From: a virus
Length of the DNA: 64,000 nt
Reading direction: 5' to 3' (one strand)
Virus genome (UHGV): UHGV-1558314
The notes under the pieces were generated by a model that was given only the letters and a program-made list of their open reading frames with translations, searched no databases and was not told where the DNA came from. Shown piece by piece: positions 47,954-58,025 of this stretch; the first letter of the stretch is position 1; every line of letters starts with the position of its first letter. The translations under genes were made by a program, and so were the position numbers.

Positions 47954-49048
47954 TCATACAACGACGGTATCTCGTTTGCAATCTGTTCTGTCGAATATCG
48001 AGCAACAATATGATGCAGATTGCTCTTTGATTGCAATAGCTTCGTCATTGTCAAGTGATGAAATACCATCTATGTATGCTTTTGTATTGCCAGCGATGTC
48101 ATCATTTGTTAGCAATGCTGCACGACGTTCAGTACCAAAGAAGCCAAAGCACAATTGACGCTGCAATGCTTCACGAGAAATCTTGTCATCAAACTCGGAT
48201 TTCATGTGTTGCATAAATTCGACAATATCATCAATGTCGCATTGAGTAAAGTCAATGTACAATTTATGCATGTACTTGAATCGTTTGTAGTCTGTTGCAA
48301 GAATTTCTGGGTGCACAATGAACAACGTCTTTTTGCTGTCTATTGGATTTGCAATGACTGACGCTTGAACATAATCAACAAGCACGCCAGATTCACGAAG
48401 TTGCTCAACTGTTTTGCCAAATATATGCCCAAACGTGTCATCAAACCACTTCAAGTATACTTCGTTGTCTTCATCTTTTGATGCGCCAACAATGTAAATC
48501 TCATTGACTCCAAGCGCTTTAAGACGAGTGTCAGATAGCATCGTGTTCAATTGATGCTGCACATACAGCATTGGGCTGCTATGCAAAACTGTTTTGACAA
48601 TCTCACAAGCAATGTCCATATATGCATAGTCAAGCTTTGCAGATTTTGACACATACACTGCACGTTGCTGCAATGGCTCAATTGCTGAGCATGTGGTCAC
48701 AAAGTTGCCAACACATTCTGCTACTGCAATGTCATGCAAGTCATCTGCAATGTACACAATACTTGACAAGTCATCAAATGTTTGAACAAGTTGCTGAAGC
48801 TTTGTTTTGTAATTGCAGAGCATCAATGACTTGATGTTGCAATTGCCAAGCATTGTCTTGATGAGTCGTTGACCTGCTTCAGTGCTGTCACCAGAAATGA
48901 CATGCACATCGCAGTCAAACCAGTTCAACATGTCGATTGCATGCCGAACGCCATATTGCATTTGTTTTGCGAACTTGCCAGATTCATTGAACAGCATTTC
49001 ACCTGACATAATGCCGTCAAAGTCACATACGATTTGAAGTCTGTCCAT
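47954..49048 (-). CDS. HAD-superfamily (KdsC-like) phosphatase domain protein with uncharacterised C-terminal half
   Basis: N-terminal VCDFDGIMSGE ... VHVISGDS ... IADDLHD. Confidence 0.4.
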   Translation of the reverse strand: MDRLQIVCDFDGIMSGEMLFNESGKFAKQMQYGVRHAIDMLNWFDCDVHVISGDSTEAGQRLIKTMLGNCNIKSLMLCNYKTKLQQLVQTFDDLSSIVYIADDLHDIAVAECVGNFVTTCSAIEPLQQRAVYVSKSAKLDYAYMDIACEIVKTVLHSSPMLYVQHQLNTMLSDTRLKALGVNEIYIVGASKDEDNEVYLKWFDDTFGHIFGKTVEQLRESGVLVDYVQASVIANPIDSKKTLFIVHPEILATDYKRFKYMHKLYIDFTQCDIDDIVEFMQHMKSEFDDKISREALQRQLCFGFFGTERRAALLTNDDIAGNTKAYIDGISSLDNDEAIAIKEQSASYCCSIFDRTDCKRDTVVV

Positions 49049-49052
49049 GTTG

Positions 49053-49385
49053 CTACAATTTTGAAGTTAAGTCAATTCGAATTTTGTCTGCGTTGCTTTG
49101 GTCAACAAATCTGTCATCAAAGAAACATTCAACTACGACAAGCTTCTTTGAATTCACAAATTCGATTAGCGATTTTTGCATTGCATCAAGTTGCTTCATG
49201 CATTTACAAAAGCTGCTGTATGACATGATTTGCTTTGGTAACATATCAAATGCGTCTGCAATTCGCTGATGAGCAATCTTTTTTGATGTTGCAATAATGA
49301 CATCTGCTTTGTTGTCATTTGCATGATTGCCAAATATCGCAATATGGTAAACTTTCATTGTATGAGTGATTTTGCTGTTATACAT
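49053..49385 (-). CDS. Hypothetical protein (110 aa)
   Basis: ATG start verified. Confidence 0.3.
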   Translation of the reverse strand: MYNSKITHTMKVYHIAIFGNHANDNKADVIIATSKKIAHQRIADAFDMLPKQIMSYSSFCKCMKQLDAMQKSLIEFVNSKKLVVVECFFDDRFVDQSNADKIRIDLTSKL

Positions 49386-49412
49386 TTATGTTATATATGC
49401 ACATTGTGCCAG

Positions 49413-52400
49413 TTAACAAATTGATGACGTGCCATCAGTATTTGCTACAACTGTCAATGCACTATCAAACTCATCTTGTTGCAATACATGGTCAACTATG
49501 AGTGTTTTGCGAATTGCAGAAAGCTTGGTAAGCAACTGCATCAACACTTGCTGATAATTGATATTGTTGACATCATGCTCAGCGCCAACAATCTGCCCAT
49601 TGCTAAGCTTGCCACTGATTTCGTCAATGAGCAAGATGTTGCCCACTTTGTTTAAGCGTTGAGTCAAAATGAGATGCACGATTGCAAGACCTGCGAAAGT
49701 TCCTTCCATGCCAGACATTTGACTTACACTTCGAATTGACTTCGAGCCCATCAAGTCAATCATCTTCAACACATTGTTGTCATTGATGTCAAAGAACACT
49801 CGGTAGTTCAATGAATCCAGCAAATCATTGAGCTGTGCATTCAGTGATGTTGCAATTGCTGCAAAGACATATGAAACTAAGCCTCGTTTGCTTGTGCACT
49901 GCTTATATGCATTGTACACCAAGTTTGCAATGTTCCACTTTTTCGAAGCTTGCAAATCTTTCTTGAGAGCTTCAATTCGCACATTGTTTGCTGATAAGTC
50001 TGCTTGCATTGTTGCAATTTCTGCATTGATGCTTAGCAGTTTTGAGTTCGCTTCAGTTTCATGCTGCTTAGCATCATCAATGTCGACTTGCAATGCAGCA
50101 TTTGTTGTAATATGCTGCTGAGTTTGCTGTGCATGTTCAAGTGCAAATGCTGCAGCAGTCTTATCAATCTCAAGTTGTTTAAGCGCAGACTCATATGTCG
50201 CTTTCTTATCATACTCTGCTTGAGCAATTTCAAGTTCAGCATTTATTGCAGCCAGTTCTGATTCTACTGTAGATTTTGATTGCAATACATCTTGCTTTGC
50301 TTGTTCAGCTTTACGTTTGATGTCTGCAAGTTGATTTGTGATATCTGCAATTTGCATTTTGACTGCTTCGACTTCAAGCAATGTTGCTGCAGTAGCCATT
50401 GGTTGTGCAATGAATGCATCTAAGTCTCTTTGCGCATTGACTACAGTTCTCTGCAAATCATTGAGCTTTTCTGCATGCATGTCATATGCTGCTTTGTGTG
50501 CTGGATTCAGTGCAGCAATTATTGCATTTGAATCTGTAACATCTATGATTGCTGCTTGCAGTTGCTCAATTTCATACTTCAAATTGCCAATTTTGACAAC
50601 ATTCTCATTGAATTGCTCTGTCTTTTGCGCACATTCTTGACGCAACTTAGCAAGCTCAGTTGACAACCACAGCTTGTATGCTTGTCCTGTGCCAGATGTC
50701 AAGTCATTTGTACATACAGGGCATTTGTCGTTTTCAAGTTGCTTTTGCTTGTCTATAACATTGTCGATGTTTGTTTTTGCAGCAGATATTTCTGTTCTAA
50801 GTGCATTTTGAACAGTGTTGATGTCTTCAATTTGCTTTTGCAAAGCATCTATTTTTGCCCGAGTGTTTGCATTGTACGACTTGCCAAGATTTATCAGCAC
50901 AGAATCAATGTGCTGCTTTGCTGCATCATATGCAAGCTTTGATTCATCAAGCTTTGTTCTGTACAATGACTCTGCATGCGCAACTTCTTTCTGCACTTTT
51001 GCAGATAGCTCATTCTGTTTTGTAAGCAGCTCAGCATATGTATTGTGCAGCTGTGAGCCAGATGCTATGACATTTGTGTATGCTGTATTAGCTTCATTGT
51101 CAATATTAGTGAGTTGCTGCTCAATCTGTGCTTTTGCTGTTTGCAACTTAGACATATCTTGCAATGCAAGTGCAGCAATGTCAAGCTCAACTTTGTGAAT
51201 CTTTGCAATGATGCCATCGATATTTGCTGTTGCATCTTCTATAGTTAAGATGTCTGCAGGAATTTGATGTAGTTTCTTTGAGAGCTCTTCTACTTTTGCA
51301 CGAGCTTTTGTAAGCTTCGCGGACCACTCTTTTTGATTATCTTGTCGTAACTGCAAAGAGTAATTGAGTTCATTGCAAGTTGTATTGAGAGACTCAAGTT
51401 CTGCTTTTATTGCAACATCAGTCAATGCGGGCTTACTAAGGCCATCAAACAATGCAGCCTTTGCAGCATCATTAGAATTGCCAAGCTGTACAAATGTATT
51501 GATGCCAAGAGTATCAAGTAGCCAGTCATTCAATGAATTTGAGTCCATTGCAATGATTTGGTCAAGTAGTGTCTGATTGATACAAACATATCGCGACAAT
51601 TCCCAGATAGAGCCAAAGATTGCATATAGCGTGTCTTTGATTTCATGCTGCGGCACTACGTAGTCATCTGACAATCTTACAAGCTGAACAGTCTCATTGA
51701 CTGCTGACACGTTATCTCGCCATGAGCCATCTGCATTTATTCGAGAACCTCGTTTGAATTTGCGTTCAAGTGTTCGAATCAATTTGTAGTGAACATTTTG
51801 ACCTGCTACTACATGCACAAAGACACAAGAAGCTTCAAGCTTATCATATGACTCATTGTCAATCAATTTGTCATTGAAGTATGTCAAAGCGTTCTGCTTT
51901 GTTGCTGCAGAAGACTGTTCAGCGTCAATAAAGCCAGTCAGCAGCCATTTGATAAGTCTGAAGATTGTAGTCTTGCCATTGCCATTGTTGCCTCTAACTT
52001 GTGTAAGCTGTGCAAGATTGTCAAAGCTGACATCAACATCTTTCAATGCCATGAACTGATTTGCTTTAACATTTTGAATGACATATTTTGCAACTTCAGT
52101 GTCAAAAGACAATTTATCAATTTGTTCATCAATCAATGACTTGAACATGTCAACAAACTGCTGAGCATCTTCAGTAGCAACTATGGCATTGCGTTCAATG
52201 TATGCATTGACCCAGTCAAGTGCAGCGTCTTTAAGCCATTCAGCAGTTTGAACCTTTTGCAGCAAATTGTCGCCATTTGCGTCTACAGCATTGATTGAAT
52301 CAATGACAGCAGAATCATACAGAATGTCAATTGCAGCAACAACATATGAACTTACAAGATTCTGTGCAATGCGCTCAACAATACCAGACAGTTCGGGCTT

Positions 52401-53339
52401 TGTGACCTTTGACTTGATTTTGATTTTATTGATGCGGCCAGGGTTGATGAGTGCAATCTTGTCTGTTTTGACATCATTATCAATTGTGATTGTATGATAA
52501 TGCACAAGCTGCTCAAGTGGATGCCACTCTACCACAATTCGCTTGTTGTCAATATCGATGTCAAGCAAGTTGTAGCCATGTTCTGCAGTACCATGCTGTA
52601 TTGCAGTGTCATTCAACAAATAGTCGCCTTCACCAAAATCTCTGACAATTGGCGAGCCGCAATATGTTAATGTCTTATCACCAGCAACCCATATTGCATG
52701 CTTATGAATGTCACCCATTGCAACAAAGTTGCTATTAAATTGCATTGCATCTATACGACTGTCATTGTCACCACGAACAATACAATCATCAAAGTTGACA
52801 CAATTCTTTACAGGGTCATGGAACAGCTCAATGACACACATTGATGACAATGCTGCAATCTGCGATTCATCAAGTGATGCCCAAGGCGAATATGTGCCAC
52901 CAGACCACTTCTCATTTTGAGCCCATACTGCAGCAGCAAAACCAGGTGCAAGCAGTTCAACTCTTGAACTGTTGATATACTTGATTCGCTTGTCATCAAT
53001 TGCAGTTACAAGCTTGTCAATGCTATCTGTCCACTGCATTTGTGAACCATCACCAGCATCAAATGTGTTATCACGTTGCTTCAAATCATGATTGCCAGCA
53101 GTAATGACAATTTGAAGCTTGTCATTGACTTCAAGCATGCCTTTGAGCAGCTTAACAAACAGCGACTCTTCAAGTGAATTGCTATTCCAATGCTCAAACA
53201 CGTCGCCGACAATGAATACAAACTCAACTGACTTTGCTTTGTCAATTAGTTGTTTGTTGATGTGCTCATATTCTACGAAACGTCGTAAATGACCTTGTCG
53301 AACATTATATTGAATGTCTGCTATGTGAAGTGCTTTCAT
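49413..53339 (-). CDS. Fused Mre11/SbcD-like nuclease and Rad50/SbcC-like ATPase (1308 aa)
   Basis: N-terminal phosphoesterase motifs (LHIADIQ, IVGDVFEH, TAGNHD) resemble recalled T4 gp47; then Walker A GNNGNGKTT, long coiled coil, zinc hook CPVCTNDL, C-terminal LLIDEISGKL. Confidence 0.65.
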   Translation of the reverse strand: MKALHIADIQYNVRQGHLRRFVEYEHINKQLIDKAKSVEFVFIVGDVFEHWNSNSLEESLFVKLLKGMLEVNDKLQIVITAGNHDLKQRDNTFDAGDGSQMQWTDSIDKLVTAIDDKRIKYINSSRVELLAPGFAAAVWAQNEKWSGGTYSPWASLDESQIAALSSMCVIELFHDPVKNCVNFDDCIVRGDNDSRIDAMQFNSNFVAMGDIHKHAIWVAGDKTLTYCGSPIVRDFGEGDYLLNDTAIQHGTAEHGYNLLDIDIDNKRIVVEWHPLEQLVHYHTITIDNDVKTDKIALINPGRINKIKIKSKVTKPELSGIVERIAQNLVSSYVVAAIDILYDSAVIDSINAVDANGDNLLQKVQTAEWLKDAALDWVNAYIERNAIVATEDAQQFVDMFKSLIDEQIDKLSFDTEVAKYVIQNVKANQFMALKDVDVSFDNLAQLTQVRGNNGNGKTTIFRLIKWLLTGFIDAEQSSAATKQNALTYFNDKLIDNESYDKLEASCVFVHVVAGQNVHYKLIRTLERKFKRGSRINADGSWRDNVSAVNETVQLVRLSDDYVVPQHEIKDTLYAIFGSIWELSRYVCINQTLLDQIIAMDSNSLNDWLLDTLGINTFVQLGNSNDAAKAALFDGLSKPALTDVAIKAELESLNTTCNELNYSLQLRQDNQKEWSAKLTKARAKVEELSKKLHQIPADILTIEDATANIDGIIAKIHKVELDIAALALQDMSKLQTAKAQIEQQLTNIDNEANTAYTNVIASGSQLHNTYAELLTKQNELSAKVQKEVAHAESLYRTKLDESKLAYDAAKQHIDSVLINLGKSYNANTRAKIDALQKQIEDINTVQNALRTEISAAKTNIDNVIDKQKQLENDKCPVCTNDLTSGTGQAYKLWLSTELAKLRQECAQKTEQFNENVVKIGNLKYEIEQLQAAIIDVTDSNAIIAALNPAHKAAYDMHAEKLNDLQRTVVNAQRDLDAFIAQPMATAATLLEVEAVKMQIADITNQLADIKRKAEQAKQDVLQSKSTVESELAAINAELEIAQAEYDKKATYESALKQLEIDKTAAAFALEHAQQTQQHITTNAALQVDIDDAKQHETEANSKLLSINAEIATMQADLSANNVRIEALKKDLQASKKWNIANLVYNAYKQCTSKRGLVSYVFAAIATSLNAQLNDLLDSLNYRVFFDINDNNVLKMIDLMGSKSIRSVSQMSGMEGTFAGLAIVHLILTQRLNKVGNILLIDEISGKLSNGQIVGAEHDVNNINYQQVLMQLLTKLSAIRKTLIVDHVLQQDEFDSALTVVANTDGTSSIC

Positions 53340-53341
53340 AT

Positions 53342-53383
53342 TCTAAATGAGATTTAGATTATATGTTGATATTGTACAACATG
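53342..53383 (-). promoter_or_regulatory. Promoter box plus conserved leader hairpin upstream of Mre11-Rad50 fusion gene
   Basis: Minus strand GTTGTACAATATCAACATATAATCTAAATCTCATTTAGAAT then ATG. Confidence 0.45.
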
Positions 53384-53418
53384 CAAAATGCACTTGCATT
53401 TTGATACAACGTATGTCA

Positions 53419-53766
53419 TTATTTTGCAAGCATTTTGCTGATTGCATCTATCACAGTTTCACTGAGCAAGTAGTAGACAACGCTTATCAGCAATGATATC
53501 AGTACTGCAGCTGTGATAAATTGCAACGCATTCACAATTGCACGCACAAATGTTATCTGTGTGTTGTATGCAAGCACTATGCAGCATAGCACAATAATGA
53601 CACACCAGACTACAATTGCATATGCAGGCATCAATGAATTTGTCCATATGCAGTACAATACAGTAGTTAGCATCAAAAATGCTATTGCTCTGATGACTGA
53701 CACAATGATGTCTATGTAGAGCTTCATTACACGTAAATGAACTCTTGGCTTATGCGGTTTCATCAT
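53419..53766 (-). CDS. Small multi-pass membrane protein
   Basis: Start at ATG 53764-53766 overlapping upstream stop (ATGA); three hydrophobic helices. Confidence 0.35.
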   Translation of the reverse strand: MMKPHKPRVHLRVMKLYIDIIVSVIRAIAFLMLTTVLYCIWTNSLMPAYAIVVWCVIIVLCCIVLAYNTQITFVRAIVNALQFITAAVLISLLISVVYYLLSETVIDAISKMLAK

Positions 53767-54995
53767 GACTTTATGTACAATTCTGCAAGTTGTCTGGTGT
53801 ACAATCGTGGATTGTGATATGCTTTCCAATATGCAGTAGACTTTATTGCAGCAAGAATCTCATCATAATGTTTGACTGCTTTTGCTACAACTTCATCAAG
53901 TACATGCAAATCTTCTACACTAACAAGCAGCCATTTTTCTACAATGTCAATGAATTCTTGATTGCAATTAAAGCCATATTTGTAGTTGCAAGTGTCAAGT
54001 ACAAGTGGGATGCAGTCATTTGTCAGTGCTTCAAAAAATCTACGAAGACTGAAACAATTCTCATCATATGATGGAATGCTTAATGTAAACTTGGCAGTCT
54101 TGATGAGTTGCAAATACTCTTCGTATGGAATCAGAGGACCATTGTGCTTCCACTGATTGTTATGTCGTCTTGTTGTGTACTTGAACAAAAACTTTGAACT
54201 GTCAAGCTCACAAAGATGGTCCATGCGTAAAATGTAGTTATAGCGGTCTCTTCTATCAGGCCAACTGTCAGTCATTGCAAACACAAAGTCTCTTTGCTTG
54301 TCACATTTTGCTGACATACCTCTATGCTGACACATGCAGTACCAATATTGCTGCGATGGACTGAACTCGAACTTTGAGTGATGCTCACTGCCATCTTTGC
54401 ATTGTTGAACGTAAATATTGTCAGGCACAAAGTGAAAGTAGAAATGTCGAATTTGCAAGCCGTCAATGTAGTCAAGCTTATGCTGCAATGGGTCCTCACA
54501 GAAATTGTAACACTGAATGCGTTTTGCTGCAGCATACTCAGCAACTATGAATGTGCACACCCATTGCAATGCGATGTCTTCACTCTTCAAAAAGTCAACA
54601 AGTGGCTCATTTGGATGCGCTTTGCATTCATTGAACATTTTGTACCACTTGCATTGCTCCATGTCATACTTGGAGACTGTATTGCCATTAAAAAATGACA
54701 CAGTATCAATTTTGAATGCCTCAAGTTGTTTATGCACAATGTCGATTGCTTGTGCATATGTGACAGTCTCATCAGACATTATTTGTGCAAACTTGATTGG
54801 ATGCGCATGCAAATTTGCAATTGTGTCTGCTGACATTTTGCGCTGTGTATGATAATCGACATACAAAAACTGACACTTGTCTGTAAGCAATTCAAGCATT
54901 GCTACAGATTTCCATCGAATTGCTTGAAAGAAATTGAAGTGCGCAGTTTGAAAAATGAGATGCGTAGGCTTGTCAGAATGAGTCAAAGTTTGCAT
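53763..54995 (-). CDS. Glycosyltransferase-like protein (GT-B-type C-terminal motif), paralog B'
   Basis: IPSYDENCFSLRRFFEALTNDCIPLV resembles GT-B donor-binding motif; paralogous to 58026..59582 (shared EDPLQHKL, PSQQYWY). Track start is TTG; ATG at 54993-54995 used. Confidence 0.45.
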   Translation of the reverse strand: MQTLTHSDKPTHLIFQTAHFNFFQAIRWKSVAMLELLTDKCQFLYVDYHTQRKMSADTIANLHAHPIKFAQIMSDETVTYAQAIDIVHKQLEAFKIDTVSFFNGNTVSKYDMEQCKWYKMFNECKAHPNEPLVDFLKSEDIALQWVCTFIVAEYAAAKRIQCYNFCEDPLQHKLDYIDGLQIRHFYFHFVPDNIYVQQCKDGSEHHSKFEFSPSQQYWYCMCQHRGMSAKCDKQRDFVFAMTDSWPDRRDRYNYILRMDHLCELDSSKFLFKYTTRRHNNQWKHNGPLIPYEEYLQLIKTAKFTLSIPSYDENCFSLRRFFEALTNDCIPLVLDTCNYKYGFNCNQEFIDIVEKWLLVSVEDLHVLDEVVAKAVKHYDEILAAIKSTAYWKAYHNPRLYTRQLAELYIKS

Positions 54996-56158
54996 GGACA
55001 AATGTCGCAGTTATGTTGATGTTTGTGTTTATTTATGAAGTCATATGTCACTGCAAAAAAGTGCTTTGCAATGTCATATCGAGTTTTCAAATATGCTGCT
55101 TGTCGTTCACAAAATGCTGCATAAATATCTGGGTGTTGTTTGAATGCTGCAATGCGTTGCTGTACTTGTTCTGCAGAATGCACATATGACACTTTGCTCA
55201 AATATACATCATCTGCAAATAATCGTTTGTCTTTGTCAACTGCGCAATCAACAAAAGTTGCAATTCGTGCAACAATTGCTTCACCGACACGATTTGGTAT
55301 TAGCCCATATTGCTCATATTGCTGTTCGCCGATAGCAATGTGTGCTGCTGCATATGACATTGCATATGGCACACTATAAAATGGCACACTAAAATCAAAT
55401 GAACAATTTGACTGCAGCAATTGTGTTTGTGCATCAGACAATCTACTTGTCAAGTTGCCTGTATATTTGTGCTCACCAAGAAAACTTGAGCGACAGCCTG
55501 AATCTACATAGTATCGAATGACTTTGTTTATGCGACTGTCAGATAGCATATGCCAATCTCTTGTAGCATATATCAAGTCTACTGTTTTTGCGCCAATATG
55601 ACGAGGCTCTATCGCAACATTGCTGTATGTTGGCAGCATAAACAATGGCAGCCATTTGACATTGTTGAACACTGAATGCTCATTTGACAAATTCATGCAC
55701 TGGCTAAGTTCAAGTACTGGCTCATCATACACGCCATGTAGCTCAACTCTGCCTGCATGCACAAAGTTGACACGCTTAAATGGAAATCGCATATCAGTGC
55801 AAACTGTCATTCTTGCTGCAATAGACATTCGCCACATAGCATGCAGCTTAACAACTGCTTCTGCTTGAGGTCGAGGCAACATATTTAGCAAATCAATCCA
55901 GCCGCCCCACAAAATCCAAACATCATTTGAACAGATGTTGAATTGCAAACTCAATATGTCTTCTACTGTTGTAGCAATAATGTCATGCCCATTGATGCTT
56001 GCAAGGTGTTTTCGTTGATTTGCAATAATAATGACTTGACTGAATGGAGACTCTGGAAATGACACAAGCGCTTTTGCAAACAACACGGGTTCTTGCGACA
56101 CCAAGTTGTTTGAGTATGGGTCGATTATGCAATCAAGCTTGTGTATGAAGAGTCTCAT
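54983..56158 (-). CDS. Hypothetical protein (391 aa), paralog A' of 59579..60745
   Basis: Shared N-terminus MRLFIHKLD vs MSKLFILKFD and TDMRFPF vs TDLRFDF; sits immediately upstream of a GT-like gene. Confidence 0.4.
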   Translation of the reverse strand: MRLFIHKLDCIIDPYSNNLVSQEPVLFAKALVSFPESPFSQVIIIANQRKHLASINGHDIIATTVEDILSLQFNICSNDVWILWGGWIDLLNMLPRPQAEAVVKLHAMWRMSIAARMTVCTDMRFPFKRVNFVHAGRVELHGVYDEPVLELSQCMNLSNEHSVFNNVKWLPLFMLPTYSNVAIEPRHIGAKTVDLIYATRDWHMLSDSRINKVIRYYVDSGCRSSFLGEHKYTGNLTSRLSDAQTQLLQSNCSFDFSVPFYSVPYAMSYAAAHIAIGEQQYEQYGLIPNRVGEAIVARIATFVDCAVDKDKRLFADDVYLSKVSYVHSAEQVQQRIAAFKQHPDIYAAFCERQAAYLKTRYDIAKHFFAVTYDFINKHKHQHNCDICPCKL

Positions 56159-56889
56159 TTTGCAGATGATTCAAAAAATTTGTAGACATCGCAGTTAGCA
56201 ATGTGGTCATTCCAAGCATCTTCAGAGTCTGCAACAAAGCCACAATGACAGCGTTTTGGCTGCCAAACTGGTTCAACTACTGCAGGCATTGCTTCTTCAA
56301 TAGTGTTTGCAGGTTCATTATCTGCTGGCAATACTTCAACGTCTTCAACTTGTGCTGCATCTTGTTGTGCACGCTGCTCAATGACATTGCCCTCAAAGTC
56401 AAACTGAATGCCAGCTTGTTCTGCTTTTGTACGATTATTACGAGCTACGAACAAATACGCAAAGATGAATTCGACAAGCGCTATGGCAAGTGACTTCAGT
56501 GCATTGACAAGAAGCATGATGCCTGTTGATAAATGGCCGTCAAAGCTCAAAAACACGAACACACATGTAAAGCATGACATAAACACTGCAATCAGTGGAA
56601 TGTTCTTGTATTTTGGCAACAAATCAGAGTTGACTGATGTAAGCAACACAACGAATTGATAACCTATTGCAAGCCAATAGTCGCCAAACACTGCATAGAT
56701 ATGCGTAGTGATGCCAATAAGAAATGTGATAGTCACAATCATAATGAGCAACACACTTGTCAGAAAGTCTGCAATAGAATTGCTGAGCTTGTCATACCAG
56801 TGTTTGTTGACAATTGACGTGTTGGCTACGCGCACTTTACTAAGTGCATCTATGCCGCTTTTGATATTTGATTGTGCTTTCATACACAT
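56155..56889 (-). CDS. Multi-pass membrane protein with C-terminal Cys/His-rich soluble domain (244 aa)
   Basis: Several hydrophobic helices; C-terminal CHCGF...HIANCD; ATGA overlap with next gene. Confidence 0.4.
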   Translation of the reverse strand: MCMKAQSNIKSGIDALSKVRVANTSIVNKHWYDKLSNSIADFLTSVLLIMIVTITFLIGITTHIYAVFGDYWLAIGYQFVVLLTSVNSDLLPKYKNIPLIAVFMSCFTCVFVFLSFDGHLSTGIMLLVNALKSLAIALVEFIFAYLFVARNNRTKAEQAGIQFDFEGNVIEQRAQQDAAQVEDVEVLPADNEPANTIEEAMPAVVEPVWQPKRCHCGFVADSEDAWNDHIANCDVYKFFESSAK

Positions 56890-57136
56890 ATAACGTTATA
56901 TCATATCTACACACAAAGCAAATGCTACTGCAAGTGCAGCCATAATTGCATATACGACTATCGATGCAGTATAATCTGATTCAGGATTCCACTTATCAGG
57001 TGTGTTAAGCTTGTGATACTTGTCTCGTCTCATCTTGAGTCAAAAAATGATGGCTGCTGCTACATTTTGTGAAATCATGTGCAGCAGCCATCTGGCAGGT
57101 TTCTTGCTTTGTAAAGCTTGGATAGAGGATGGATTT

Positions 57137-57195
57137 TATATGTTGATATTGTACAACATGCAAAATGTATTTGCATTTTGATACAACATATATTG
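57137..57195 (-). promoter_or_regulatory. Promoter box with adjacent palindrome
   Basis: tatatgttgatattgtacaacatgcaaaatgtatttgcattttgatacaac, near-identical to 53360-53410. Confidence 0.45.
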
Positions 57196-57411
57196 TCATT
57201 TTGCACAGTCTGATGCAATTAAATCTTTGTCAAAGCATTCATCTATAATGTCTTCAATAAGATACGCTTCGACATTGTTAAGCTTCAAGATATCTACGAG
57301 TTTTGCTTTGATATCGCAAGCTAATGCAGATTCGACTGTATGCAATATGACTGATGATACGACATGCTTGTCTGTCATCATTTGTAATTGCTGTGGTGTT
57401 ACTCTACTCAT
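57196..57411 (-). CDS. Small acidic hypothetical protein (71 aa)
   Basis: ATG start overlaps Tmk-like stop (ATGA). Confidence 0.3.
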   Translation of the reverse strand: MSRVTPQQLQMMTDKHVVSSVILHTVESALACDIKAKLVDILKLNNVEAYLIEDIIDECFDKDLIASDCAK

Positions 57412-57980
57412 GCGCCAAGTTCAGCTAAGCATTTCAACACATTGTCTTGCAGACTTGCATTGTTGTCAATTTCGACAATATGCAATGGTGAGTTCTTTCG
57501 CCACTCATCATATGCAGCAATCATTTCATTGCGTTTGCTGACATCAATGTTGACATCACCGCAAAAATTATCGACAAAATCTGGCACAACATCACGCTTG
57601 CATAAGAACACTACGTGCGGCAATGTTGCAAGCTTCTTTTCATATGCTTCAAAGAATGCTTGATGCTTATCAGTGTGCAGCTCTTTGTAAAGCGTTGTGT
57701 TGAAGATTTGATGCGTGATGAATGAACGGTCACACAAAAACGTTGCTTTGCCAAAGCCTTGAGAGTCATTTCCAATGAACTCTAAGAAGAAGCGCCAATC
57801 ATAAAAGAACGCTTCATTGAGGTCCCAAGGTTCGGGCATTGGGTCATCACCTGACTCATGCTGCTGCCACCAAGAACGAGATGTTCGTTTGCAATTGATA
57901 AACCATGGGCGCCACTTCATCAATTCATTGATGAGTGTTGTTTTGCCTGAAGCTTCTACACCTTCAAATATCGCTATCAT
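57408..57980 (-). CDS. Thymidylate-kinase-like P-loop nucleoside monophosphate kinase
   Basis: P-loop FEGVEASGKTT and CDRSFITHQ (DR-Y/H-like). Confidence 0.55.
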   Translation of the reverse strand: MIAIFEGVEASGKTTLINELMKWRPWFINCKRTSRSWWQQHESGDDPMPEPWDLNEAFFYDWRFFLEFIGNDSQGFGKATFLCDRSFITHQIFNTTLYKELHTDKHQAFFEAYEKKLATLPHVVFLCKRDVVPDFVDNFCGDVNIDVSKRNEMIAAYDEWRKNSPLHIVEIDNNASLQDNVLKCLAELGA

Positions 57981-58025
57981 TGTGTATTATGTTTGATTTT
58001 TGATTACAGTACAACGTAGTTATGC

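Noticed and set aside
57005-57199. ORF 57005..57199 (64 aa, minus strand)
   Set aside because: Its start lies inside the conserved promoter/palindrome element; more likely regulatory sequence than coding.
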